Below are positions 1 to 8,496 of a DNA stretch of 64,000 nucleotides, piece after piece. The position numbers and the translations under genes were made by a program. This stretch comes from Candidatus Latescibacterota bacterium (GTDB lineage: Bacteria; Latescibacterota; UBA2968; UBA8231). The stretch's first letter is position 1; each line of letters starts with the position of its first letter. The notes beneath the pieces were generated by a model. That model was not told the origin of the DNA, did not search any database, and saw only the letters and a program-made list of their open reading frames with translations. The stretch covers positions 1-64,000 of the forward strand of contig OZ242318.1 in assembly GCA_965208105.1 (NCBI GenBank), read 5' to 3'.

Positions 1-614
1 CCGTCAACGCATCCCGCTGCTCCGATGGTAAGAGCGGGAAGGAAGAGCGCCCCGCTGCCGGTGAAGCAGGCCAGACCCATCCGGTCGAAGGCGCGAATAT
101 TGTAGAAGTTCGCTGCCGAGTGCTTCAGACCGGTCAGCTGAGGAACCCTGTCCTGAATCTTGCGGGCGAGTTGGGGGGTAATCTCCACTCCGGTGGCACT
201 GGGAAGGTTGTAGATGAACAGGGGCAGATCGGCAGCGGCGGCCACGATCCGGTAGTGCTCGACGATCTCCTCGTCGCCGCGGCCGTAGAAGAAGGGTGGC
301 ACGCAGCAGATGGATTCGGTCCCGACCTTGGCGGCGTGTTCAGCCAGTCGCGCCGCCCGTTGGGTGGTGGCCGCGCCCACGTGCATGATATTGACCACCC
401 TTCCATTGTTCTGGTCGGCGGCGATCTCGGCGATCCGTTTGTTCTCCTCGTCGGCCAGCAGCACGCTCTCGCCCGTGCCTCCGGCGACCCAGAAGCCGTG
501 CACACCGGCCTGAATATTGAATTCGAGCACGTGTCGGAAGGCTTCTTCGTTGAGATCGCCCTCCGCCGTCATGGGGGTGATGGTGGCGGGGAAGACACCG
601 CGGAATCTATCCAT
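1..614 (-). CDS. Dihydrodipicolinate synthase / N-acetylneuraminate lyase family protein (runs off the window edge)
   Basis: Manual translation from ATG at 614: MDRFRGVFPATITPM...GFWVAGGTGES...LTGLKHS (Schiff-base Lys motif). Not in the ORF track because the stop lies outside the window. Confidence 0.85.
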   Translation of the reverse strand, partial: MDRFRGVFPATITPMTAEGDLNEEAFRHVLEFNIQAGVHGFWVAGGTGESVLLADEENKRIAEIAADQNNGRVVNIMHVGAATTQRAARLAEHAAKVGTESICCVPPFFYGRGDEEIVEHYRIVAAAADLPLFIYNLPSATGVEITPQLARKIQDRVPQLTGLKHSAANFYNIRAFDRMGLACFTGSGALFLPALTIGAAGCVD

Positions 615-817
615 GTTCTCATTCTCCATTGTCGATTTGATGGGCAGAATTCACAGGGATGGGATCGGTTGCCCAGACACCGAACCTTCCGAGCAGTGCG
701 TCAACCCGGGAAGAGGAGTGCCCACCACCTGGTGGCAGAGATCAGAACTGCGCAGGGAAGGAAGGCCGGGCCCGGGTCTCCAGTCGCAGTGCGGCCCTGT
801 GCCTCCCGGCCATCCCC

Positions 818-982
818 TAGTGCCTGCTTGCGTAAGTAAGCGTACGAACGAGGGCGCAGAAGCGCCCGGCTCGCAAGGCGCCTGAGCGAGTCGTACCTGG
901 AGTGTACGGCGAGGGAGGGCAACGCCGCGAGCCGGGATGCAGCGGCGGCCGAATTCACGCGGAATTGCGCAAGCAGGCACTA
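818..982. mobile_element. MITE-like element, copy 1 (TA-bounded, terminal inverted repeats, hairpin core)
   Basis: TAGTGCCTGCTTGCGTAA (818-835) versus TTGCGCAAGCAGGCACTA (965-982): 18-bp inverted repeat with 1 mismatch. Core 862-939 matches 40167-40244 at 70/78 nt, ungapped. Confidence 0.8.
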
Positions 983-2287
983 ATTCACGAAGGCCCGGTA
1001 AATGGCGACAAGGGCCTTCTTCAGGTCGGCTTCCTCGACCCCCACGATGACGTTTATCTGCGAAGCCCCCTGATCGACTACCCGCACGTTGACCTCGGCT
1101 TCCGCCAGGGCTGAAAAGAGACGAGCCGCAATGCCCACCCGCTGCGCCATGCCTTCGCCGACCGTAGCGATCAGGGCGAGACCGGAAACGAGTTCGACGC
1201 GGTCGGGTTGGAGGATGCGCTGGATTTCCTCGACAACCAGGTCCCCCTTATTGCCCAGCTCTTCGTCCCGTATGATCACCGCCATCGAGTCGATTGCCGA
1301 GGGGGTGTGGTCATAGCTGATGCCGTGCCGGGCGATAACCTCCAGAACCTGCTGCCCGAACCCCCTGGCCTGGTTCATCAGGGCCTTTTCGATGGTAAGC
1401 ATGGTGAATTTCGACCGTCCCGCCACGCCGGCGATCATGCGCTCGGTCAGCCGCCGGCTCGGCAGAATCCGCGTGCCCGGGTCGTCCGGCCGGTGGGTGT
1501 TGCGAATGTGGACGGGGATTTCAGCCGTGCGCACGGGAAACATGGCCTCGTCGTGAAAGACGGCCGCTCCCATGTAGGCCAGTTCGCGCATCTCGCGATA
1601 GGTGATCTCCTCCACCGGCAATGCTTCGGGCACCATGCGCGGGTCTGCCATCAGCAATCCGGACACGTCCGTCCAGTTTTCGTAGACCTTCGCTCCCACG
1701 GCGCGGGCGACGATCGCCCCGGTGATGTCGGACCCTCCGCGGGAGAAGGTCACGATGTCCCCATCGGCGTCGGCCCCGTAGAATCCCGGAATGACATAGA
1801 GCCCATCGCCGCCCAGGCGCGCCCGCAGGCGCTGGTACGAGTCGACGTCCAGGCGCCGGTCGGAGCGGAAGAGAATGGCCTCCGCAGGGTCCACGAAGGT
1901 GGCGTCCAGCACGTCTGCGATAATCCGTCCGCTCAGGTATTCTCCGCGGGAGGCCACGTAATCCCGCGCCGCGCCGGCATTGATAGCGCATTCCACCTCA
2001 TCGAGCAACTCGTCCATGTCAATCGCTGAATTCAGAGTTGCACAGAGATCGGAAAAGCGCTGGCGAATTTTGCCGAAGGGATCGGCGAAGTTGATTTTCT
2101 GGCGCCCAAGTTCGTGGCACAAGTAGAGCAGGTCTGTAACCTTGCTGTCGTCGTCGGAGCATTTGCCGGGGGCGGAGGGCACTACGAATCGCCGCCTCGG
2201 GTCGCTGCGGACAATGGAGGCCACGCGCTGGATCAGAGCGGCATCTGCGACCGAGGAACCTCCGAACTTGCAGACGATTTTTCCCAT
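980..2287 (-). CDS. lysC: Aspartate kinase
   Basis: MGKIVCKFGGSSV, SRGGSDITG and WTDVSG motifs, plus C-terminal ACT-like domains. Confidence 0.93.
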   Translation of the reverse strand: MGKIVCKFGGSSVADAALIQRVASIVRSDPRRRFVVPSAPGKCSDDDSKVTDLLYLCHELGRQKINFADPFGKIRQRFSDLCATLNSAIDMDELLDEVECAINAGAARDYVASRGEYLSGRIIADVLDATFVDPAEAILFRSDRRLDVDSYQRLRARLGGDGLYVIPGFYGADADGDIVTFSRGGSDITGAIVARAVGAKVYENWTDVSGLLMADPRMVPEALPVEEITYREMRELAYMGAAVFHDEAMFPVRTAEIPVHIRNTHRPDDPGTRILPSRRLTERMIAGVAGRSKFTMLTIEKALMNQARGFGQQVLEVIARHGISYDHTPSAIDSMAVIIRDEELGNKGDLVVEEIQRILQPDRVELVSGLALIATVGEGMAQRVGIAARLFSALAEAEVNVRVVDQGASQINVIVGVEEADLKKALVAIYRAFVN

Positions 2288-2384
2288 GATTTCCTCATCG
2301 ACCTCCCTGTGCAAACGACGGTGGCCGAACCGGCTGGTCCGGCTTATTTCACCCGAAATTAGGGGAAAGAGGGCAGCCCGTCTC

Positions 2385-3701
2385 CTACAGTGTAAGGTTG
2401 AAGGCCGCGGCCATCCAGGCAGCCAGTCCCAGAAAGCTGAGAAACCCCAAAACGTCGGTGACCGTGGTCAGAACAATCGAGGCCGATTGGGCAGGATCCT
2501 TGCCCAGGCCGGTGAGGACCACGGGGATCAAGGCCCCCGTCAGTCCGGCCATGGCCATGGAAAAGACCATGGCGATGCCCAGCACCAGAGGCATGCCCAC
2601 CGAACCCGACCAGAAGTAGACCACCAGGGCGGTAGTCAGGGCAATCGCAAGGCCGTTGACCAGCCCTGCCAGAACTTCCTTGCGGGCGACCCGGAACCAG
2701 GAGCGCGGCCTGAACTCGCGCAGGGCCAGCCCGCGCATTGCCACGGCAAGGGCCTGGGCGCCTGTGTTCCCCGACTGTCCGGCCACCACCGGCAAAAAAA
2801 CGGCGAGGGCGGTGAACCGGGCTATGGTGTCCTCGAAGAGAGCGACAACCCCGGCGGCCAGAAAGGCGGTGGCCAGATTGACCTGGAGCCAGGGCAAGCG
2901 CTTGCGGACCGCCAGGACCGGGCCCGAAAGGGCCTGCTCTTCGCGCCCGGCACCGACCATGGTTTGAAGGTTTTCGCTGGCCTCGAGCTGGGCGGCTTCC
3001 ACCAGGGCGTCGTGGCGGATAATCCCGCGCAGGCGGCCCTCGAAGCTGACCACGGGAAGTGAGTAGAGCTTGTGAAGCTCCAGCAGTTCCACGACCTCTT
3101 CGCGCGAGGACATGGCCTGAACGCAGACCGGCGGATTCCGAGCCAGCCGCTCCAGTCTCTCCCCGGGCTGAGCCACCGCAACTTCCTGGAGCGGCAGCAC
3201 CGCGGTGAGGAGTCCGTCAGAGTCCACAATGCAAAGGTCGTGGATGCGGCGGTCCGGAATGGACCGGATGCGGGCGAGGGCCTTCTCGGCGGTCTCGGCT
3301 TCGCTGAAGGCAGTCACAGATATATCCATGAGACGGCCGGCCGAATTGGCCGGATAGCGCATCATCTCCTCCAGCTCTGCGCTCACCTCCGCGGGCAGGG
3401 CGGCGAGACATGCGGACCGGCGCTCCGTCCCCAGCCGCGCCAGGAGAGCGGCGCCGACCCCGTAGTCCATCGCGGTCCACAGGCGGCGGACCAGGGCATC
3501 GTTCATGTTCTCGGCCAGCTCCACTGCCCGGTCCGGGTCCAGTCGCTGGAAAACCTGAGCGGCAGCAGGACCGGGTCCCGCCTCCAGCAGCCGGAGGGCA
3601 TCCGCAAGGGGAGCGGCCCCAAGGGCCCGGGCCGCCTCTCCGGGATGGAGGCTGAAGTACTCCTGGATAAGGGCCTCTGAGGCCCCGGCCTTCTCGGTCA
3701 T
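2385..3701 (-). CDS. mgtE: Magnesium transporter MgtE
   Basis: N-domain, CBS pair (YPANSAGRLM), then TM domain with RLPWL, GNTGAQ, DPA and TTVTD. Confidence 0.92.
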   Translation of the reverse strand: MTEKAGASEALIQEYFSLHPGEAARALGAAPLADALRLLEAGPGPAAAQVFQRLDPDRAVELAENMNDALVRRLWTAMDYGVGAALLARLGTERRSACLAALPAEVSAELEEMMRYPANSAGRLMDISVTAFSEAETAEKALARIRSIPDRRIHDLCIVDSDGLLTAVLPLQEVAVAQPGERLERLARNPPVCVQAMSSREEVVELLELHKLYSLPVVSFEGRLRGIIRHDALVEAAQLEASENLQTMVGAGREEQALSGPVLAVRKRLPWLQVNLATAFLAAGVVALFEDTIARFTALAVFLPVVAGQSGNTGAQALAVAMRGLALREFRPRSWFRVARKEVLAGLVNGLAIALTTALVVYFWSGSVGMPLVLGIAMVFSMAMAGLTGALIPVVLTGLGKDPAQSASIVLTTVTDVLGFLSFLGLAAWMAAAFNLTL

Positions 3702-3829
3702 CCTTCACTGCTCTCCTTCAGAAGAATATGTTGACTGGCGGATGTTCTATTGCAGTTGCCCACGTGTTACCCCATTGCGCGGGTTAATTTCAGGTTGCTC
3801 CCGGGCTGGTTCAGCCGGGCGCATCCGAC

Positions 3830-4270
3830 CTACCCCTCCCGGTTGCCCCTCAGCAGGAATATCCCCATCGCCCCCGACAGCAGGGGAAGGGCGGCGTCGA
3901 CGATGATCCATACCAGGGACACTGTCTCGCTTCCTATGGCTGCGAATGCGGGGTTGAGCAGGTTGAACCAGTTCCACAGGAAGAGGATGCCCACGAAGAG
4001 AAAGCCGAAGAACAAGGTATTGGCGGCAAGGAACTCACGAGAGACCGGAGCGCCGCCGCCTTCCCCGTCGACGGCTCTCTTGCGGACACAGCTGAAAATC
4101 AGGCCGAGCGCGATGGTCAGCGCCATCAACGGATTCAAGGTGTCCCAGACCGGGCTGTAGGGCTGCGCCGTCGTGGACCCGTGATACAGGGGCTCCACCA
4201 CCGTGTGGACCGCGACCACAAAGGCCATCGCAACGAGAATTACGCCGCTGATTCGCTTGAGCATATTCAT
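3830..4270 (-). CDS. Hypothetical membrane protein (about 4 TM segments)
   Basis: Four hydrophobic segments; AGGAG RBS upstream of MNMLKR. Confidence 0.7.
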   Translation of the reverse strand: MNMLKRISGVILVAMAFVVAVHTVVEPLYHGSTTAQPYSPVWDTLNPLMALTIALGLIFSCVRKRAVDGEGGGAPVSREFLAANTLFFGFLFVGILFLWNWFNLLNPAFAAIGSETVSLVWIIVDAALPLLSGAMGIFLLRGNREG

Positions 4271-4562
4271 CAGGTTTCTCTCCTTCTGTTGATGTTGGGT
4301 CATTCAGGAATTGCAAGATTCTCCTAACTTTAACCCTCGCATTCACATGCTGTCAAGGAAGTTTGCCCGTTGCGCGGGGCAGCCGATATTACCCGGGAGA
4401 TCTCTTCGGCCATCTCGAAAGTTGACACCGATTATCCGGGTGCTTACATCACACCCGATGAAGGCAGGATCAGGGTTGGGAACCAACTAAGCAGGTGGCC
4501 TGATCCAGGTCCGATTGCCTGGACGATGGAAGAATCTGAAAACCTGACCAAGGAGCGTATCG

Positions 4563-5825
4563 ATGTTCGATCTGGCCTCTCCTCTGGAGATAACCATTTC
4601 GTGGTTGGCCTCAGGTGGACTTGCTGCCGATGCGGCCGCCTGGTCGGCGCGCGCGCTATGGGCTCTGCTGGTCGTCCTCTTGAGCCTGCTCGCCAGCTTC
4701 GTGGTGAAGCACCAAGTCTTGAAAGTGCTGCGCTTTCTGATTGCGCGCACTCGAACCAGGTGGGACGATGCCGTTCTGGAGCGGAGGGTGCCGCAGCGCC
4801 TGGCTCACCTGGCGCCGGCGCTGGTCATCTACCTCCTTTCTCCGCTGCCGTTCGATGGCCTGGAAGGAGTTGTCGCCGCGCTTCGGGACGCCATGCTGAT
4901 CTATATGATCCTGGTTGCGGTGCTGGTTCTCGATGCCTTGCTCAACGCGGCTCAGGACATATACCAGGCCCTCGAATTCTTCCCGAAGATGCCGGTGCGC
5001 GGGTTTGTCCAGATTCTCAAGTTGGGCATTTACGCTACGGGGATAATTTTCGCCTTCTCCGTGCTGCTGGGAAAGAGCCCGGTGTATTTCTTGAGCGGCC
5101 TGGGGGCGCTTACCGCGGTACTGCTCCTCGTGTTCAAAGATTCGATCCTTGGATTCGTGGCCGGCGTTCAACTGAATGCCAATCGCATGGTGGCCGTGGG
5201 CGACTGGATCGAGATGCCCAAATACGGCGCCGACGGGGACGTGATGGAGGTGTCTCTGAATACGGTGAAGGTCCAGAACTGGGACAAGACCATCACCACC
5301 ATTCCCACCTACGCGCTGGTCAGCGACTCTTTCAAGAACTGGCAGGGGATGCAGGCCTCAGGGGGGAGGCGCATCAAGCGGGCAGTGCACATCGACGTGA
5401 ATTCGGTCCGATTCTGCACCGAGGAAATGCTGCGGAGGTTCGCCAAAATTCAGTACATCTCGGACTACATCGAGCGCAAAAAGGAAGAGATCGGGCGCTA
5501 CAATAGCGAGAAGGCGGTTGATTTGTCCAGCCTGGTGAATGGGCGGCGGATGACCAACCTGGGCTCCTTCCGCGCCTATGTGACCGCCTATCTGCGCAAC
5601 CATCCCATGGTGAACCAGGAAATGACCTTCCTGGTGCGACAGCTATCGCCCCAGGGCCAGGGACTGCCCATCGAGATCTACGTTTTCTGCAAGGACAAGG
5701 TGTGGGCCAACTACGAGGCCATTCAGGCTGATATCTTCGACCACATTCTGGCGGTTGTGCCCGAGTTCGACCTGAAGGTATTCCAGCAGCCCAGCGGAGC
5801 GGACTTCCAGGCCCTGAAGAACTGA
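4563..5825 (+). CDS. Mechanosensitive channel, MscS family (YbdG-like)
   Basis: FKDSILGFVAGVQ, GDWIEMPKYGADGDV, KVQNWDKTITTIPTY, GGRRIKR and YEAIQADIFDH motifs; AGGAG RBS. Confidence 0.93.
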   Translation: MFDLASPLEITISWLASGGLAADAAAWSARALWALLVVLLSLLASFVVKHQVLKVLRFLIARTRTRWDDAVLERRVPQRLAHLAPALVIYLLSPLPFDGLEGVVAALRDAMLIYMILVAVLVLDALLNAAQDIYQALEFFPKMPVRGFVQILKLGIYATGIIFAFSVLLGKSPVYFLSGLGALTAVLLLVFKDSILGFVAGVQLNANRMVAVGDWIEMPKYGADGDVMEVSLNTVKVQNWDKTITTIPTYALVSDSFKNWQGMQASGGRRIKRAVHIDVNSVRFCTEEMLRRFAKIQYISDYIERKKEEIGRYNSEKAVDLSSLVNGRRMTNLGSFRAYVTAYLRNHPMVNQEMTFLVRQLSPQGQGLPIEIYVFCKDKVWANYEAIQADIFDHILAVVPEFDLKVFQQPSGADFQALKN

Positions 5826-5865
5826 AGAAGGGGTCGTAATGGCCGATTTTCCCACTGCATGATTC

Positions 5866-6705
5866 CTACCCTTTAACGTCTGCAATGGCCGAATTGGGGC
5901 TGTCGGTGCCGATGGCGCTTTTGACCAGGGCGGCAAGGCCGATGCGGTAGAGCTCGCCGAGGGCGGTTCCTGCCTGGTCGACCTGGCCCCGGCTTTCCAG
6001 GCCACGGGCGAGGCGGCGCAGGGTCTTGTGGCGCAGGGTGCCCGCGAAAAGGGAATTTTCATCGAGTACGGGAAGGGTGTGGAAGTCGAGCCAGGCGGGA
6101 TGGGCCAGGACCGAGGCCAGTGAGTCCTCCATGTGGAGGCATACCACGTCGCGTTGCATGAGCGATGCAACCTGGACTTCCTGCCGTCCTGCCAGCAACT
6201 CCCGCAAATTGAGAACCCCCACCAGGGTATGGTCGCGCGCTACTACGTAAAGGTAGTAGGAAGCGTAGTCCGGATTGGCCTGCACGCGGGCAAGCGCCTC
6301 CGTCACGGATACGTCGGGCGGCAGGGTGAAACCTCGAGGCTCCATCAGGGCTCCGGCGCTGTCATCCGGGGATCGCAGCAGCAGTGCGAGGTGCCTGCCG
6401 AAATCCGCCGGCAGCAGCGGCAGGATGGCTTCCCGCCCCTCCGGCTCCACTCTCCGCAGGAGCAGCGCGGCGCGCTCCAATTGCAGCGCGGCCAGTGCCG
6501 AGGCAGCCGGGGCAGCATCCATGCGCTCCAGGCAGTCGGCTGCCCTGCCGGACTCCATGGCGTCGAAGAGCAGGGCGGTCAGCTCTGTCGGAAGGCTGGT
6601 GCAGAACGAAACCAGTTCCTCAAGGGAGAACCTTTCGAGGACCCGCGCCGCTTCCGGGGCGTGGTCGCGGATGAAGCAATGGATCACTTCCGAAACATCG
6701 CCCAT
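5866..6705 (-). CDS. Soluble MgtE N-domain/CBS-pair protein with no transporter domain
   Basis: Helical N-region, then PDDSAGALM...YYLYVV...LVGVLNLRELL...LPVLD CBS signature. Start chosen 2 nt after the upstream stop. Confidence 0.8.
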   Translation of the reverse strand: MGDVSEVIHCFIRDHAPEAARVLERFSLEELVSFCTSLPTELTALLFDAMESGRAADCLERMDAAPAASALAALQLERAALLLRRVEPEGREAILPLLPADFGRHLALLLRSPDDSAGALMEPRGFTLPPDVSVTEALARVQANPDYASYYLYVVARDHTLVGVLNLRELLAGRQEVQVASLMQRDVVCLHMEDSLASVLAHPAWLDFHTLPVLDENSLFAGTLRHKTLRRLARGLESRGQVDQAGTALGELYRIGLAALVKSAIGTDSPNSAIADVKG

Positions 6706-6707
6706 GA

Positions 6708-7535
6708 TCACTTCCTCTCCGTCAGCAGAACCGAGGCCTCCTCGCCGAAGCGCGACGCCGGCACCGATACCTGTCCTTGCGCCACCTGAAGGACCACCGA
6801 GGTAGCGGTAATGCGGACGATCTCGCCCTCGAAGTCTCCGATGCGCACCCGGTTGCCGACCCGGTAGGTCTTTTGAACGTAGTAGGAAGCCAGGATATTG
6901 GCCACGGTGGCGCGAGCTCCAAGAGCGAAGACCAGGGCGCCCCCAAGCAGGCCGCTGCCCAGGACAAGGAGGAGAACGCTGGTAAGGAAGGCCACGTTCA
7001 ATCCCGCCTGGTCCACGGCGATGAGCGCACTCACGATGATCACCGTTAGTTGAGCCAGACGGCCCAGAGAGGCTCCGTGCTCGAATCCCGCCGAGGCCGC
7101 CGTCGAGGTGATGAGGTCTCTGAGAACCTTCCCGCCTACCAAGCCGGCGAAAAGGATGAGCAGGGCGGCCATGAATCGGGGCAGGTAGAGGAGGATTTCG
7201 CTGAGCCAAACCGAGACTACCGGCAGCCCCAGGGTCTCGGTGGCTGCGGTAAAGGAGAAGATCAGAATGGACCAGAATAGAACCTGGCCGATTGCCTTTC
7301 CGGCGGAGCCCTGCAGGTCCTCCTGGAGTCCTATGCGGCGCAGGGGCTGGGAGGGGACGAGACGCACGAGGCCGGTGATCATGCGGCGGCTCAAGGCCCG
7401 GAGGATATAGGCCAGCACGAGACCCAGCGCCAGCAGAGCCAGGGCGGCTACCAGCCGCGGGGCAATTTCCACGAGGCGCTGCGCAAGGGAGTTGCCGAGC
7501 GTCTCCAGGTCAGCGATCAGTTGCTGGTAGAACAT
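6708..7535 (-). CDS. Small MscS-family mechanosensitive channel with repeated TM helices
   Basis: PRLVAAL/YLPRFMAAL TM repeats; NILAS...YRVGNRVRIGDFEGEI beta domain. Confidence 0.85.
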   Translation of the reverse strand: MFYQQLIADLETLGNSLAQRLVEIAPRLVAALALLALGLVLAYILRALSRRMITGLVRLVPSQPLRRIGLQEDLQGSAGKAIGQVLFWSILIFSFTAATETLGLPVVSVWLSEILLYLPRFMAALLILFAGLVGGKVLRDLITSTAASAGFEHGASLGRLAQLTVIIVSALIAVDQAGLNVAFLTSVLLLVLGSGLLGGALVFALGARATVANILASYYVQKTYRVGNRVRIGDFEGEIVRITATSVVLQVAQGQVSVPASRFGEEASVLLTERK

Positions 7536-7877
7536 GGGTTCGAAGTGGCCAGTGTCTATGCTCAGGGTATTATAGGTGAACGAGGTCAGGGGAAAAAATT
7601 CAGGCATTGCCCCACCGCGGTCAAGCCCCGCGAATGGATTGAATTACAGCGCCTTGCTTGCCGTCTTGATGGTATAATGGGTGCCGGTCACTCGACTTGA
7701 CGGGTCGGGTATGACCTCTGAATTTCTGCCAGAGGAACATCCTTTGGTTGACCTCATGGCGAGCCGTCCGATGCACCGAAGCCTTCTTTGCCAAATCCCC
7801 TGTCCCTGGCGGGTGGCCCCGCGCCACCGGAACCTGCTGAAATTGCCGGTGGCCGCAAGCACCGCAGGCCTCCAGCC

Positions 7878-8486
7878 GTGAAATTGGCCGCTGATCCCGT
7901 AGTCATCGCCATTGCGGGGATCTCCTGCTCCGGCAAAACCACCCTTGCCCGTCACCTGGCGCGGGTCCTGCCCGGCGCCGCGGTGCTGCCACTGGACGCC
8001 TACTACCGCGACCTGTCCCACCTGCAACCGCCGCAGCGGGCCGCGGTCAACTTCGACGCCCCTGAGGCCCTAGACCATCCCCTTCTGCTCGACCACATCC
8101 AATGCCTGGCCCGGGGCGTCGGGGTCGACCGGCCGGTCTACTCCTTTAAGACCCACACCCGCAAGGCAACACCCGTGCGCCAGGACCCGGTTTCGCACCT
8201 GGTGGTCGAAGGCCTGTTCGCCCTCTACTGGCCGGAGCTGCGGTCCCTTTATCACCTTGCCGTATTTGTGGATGCGCCCCACGCCCTTTGCCTGGAGCGC
8301 CGGCTGGAGCGCGACGCGGCCGAGCGGGGCCGCACACCCGGGTCAATCCGCCTTCAGTACGAGCGCCACGTGCAGCCCATGGGAGAGCGCTACGTGGTCC
8401 CCACCCGACCTCACGCCGACGTGGCGGTCAGCGGCGAGGCGGACCCGGAGGATTCGATCCTTCGCCTGGGGATACCAAGGCCCTGA
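7878..8486 (+). CDS. udk: Uridine kinase family protein
   Basis: Walker A GISCSGKTT, LDAYYRD, NFDAPEALD, VVEG and RRLERD...RGR. GTG start assumed. Confidence 0.85.
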   Translation: MKLAADPVVIAIAGISCSGKTTLARHLARVLPGAAVLPLDAYYRDLSHLQPPQRAAVNFDAPEALDHPLLLDHIQCLARGVGVDRPVYSFKTHTRKATPVRQDPVSHLVVEGLFALYWPELRSLYHLAVFVDAPHALCLERRLERDAAERGRTPGSIRLQYERHVQPMGERYVVPTRPHADVAVSGEADPEDSILRLGIPRP

Positions 8487-8496
8487 CCAATTGTGA

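Noticed and set aside
2288-2384. Lysine riboswitch upstream of lysC
   Set aside because: The gap is under 100 nt and has no consensus motifs.
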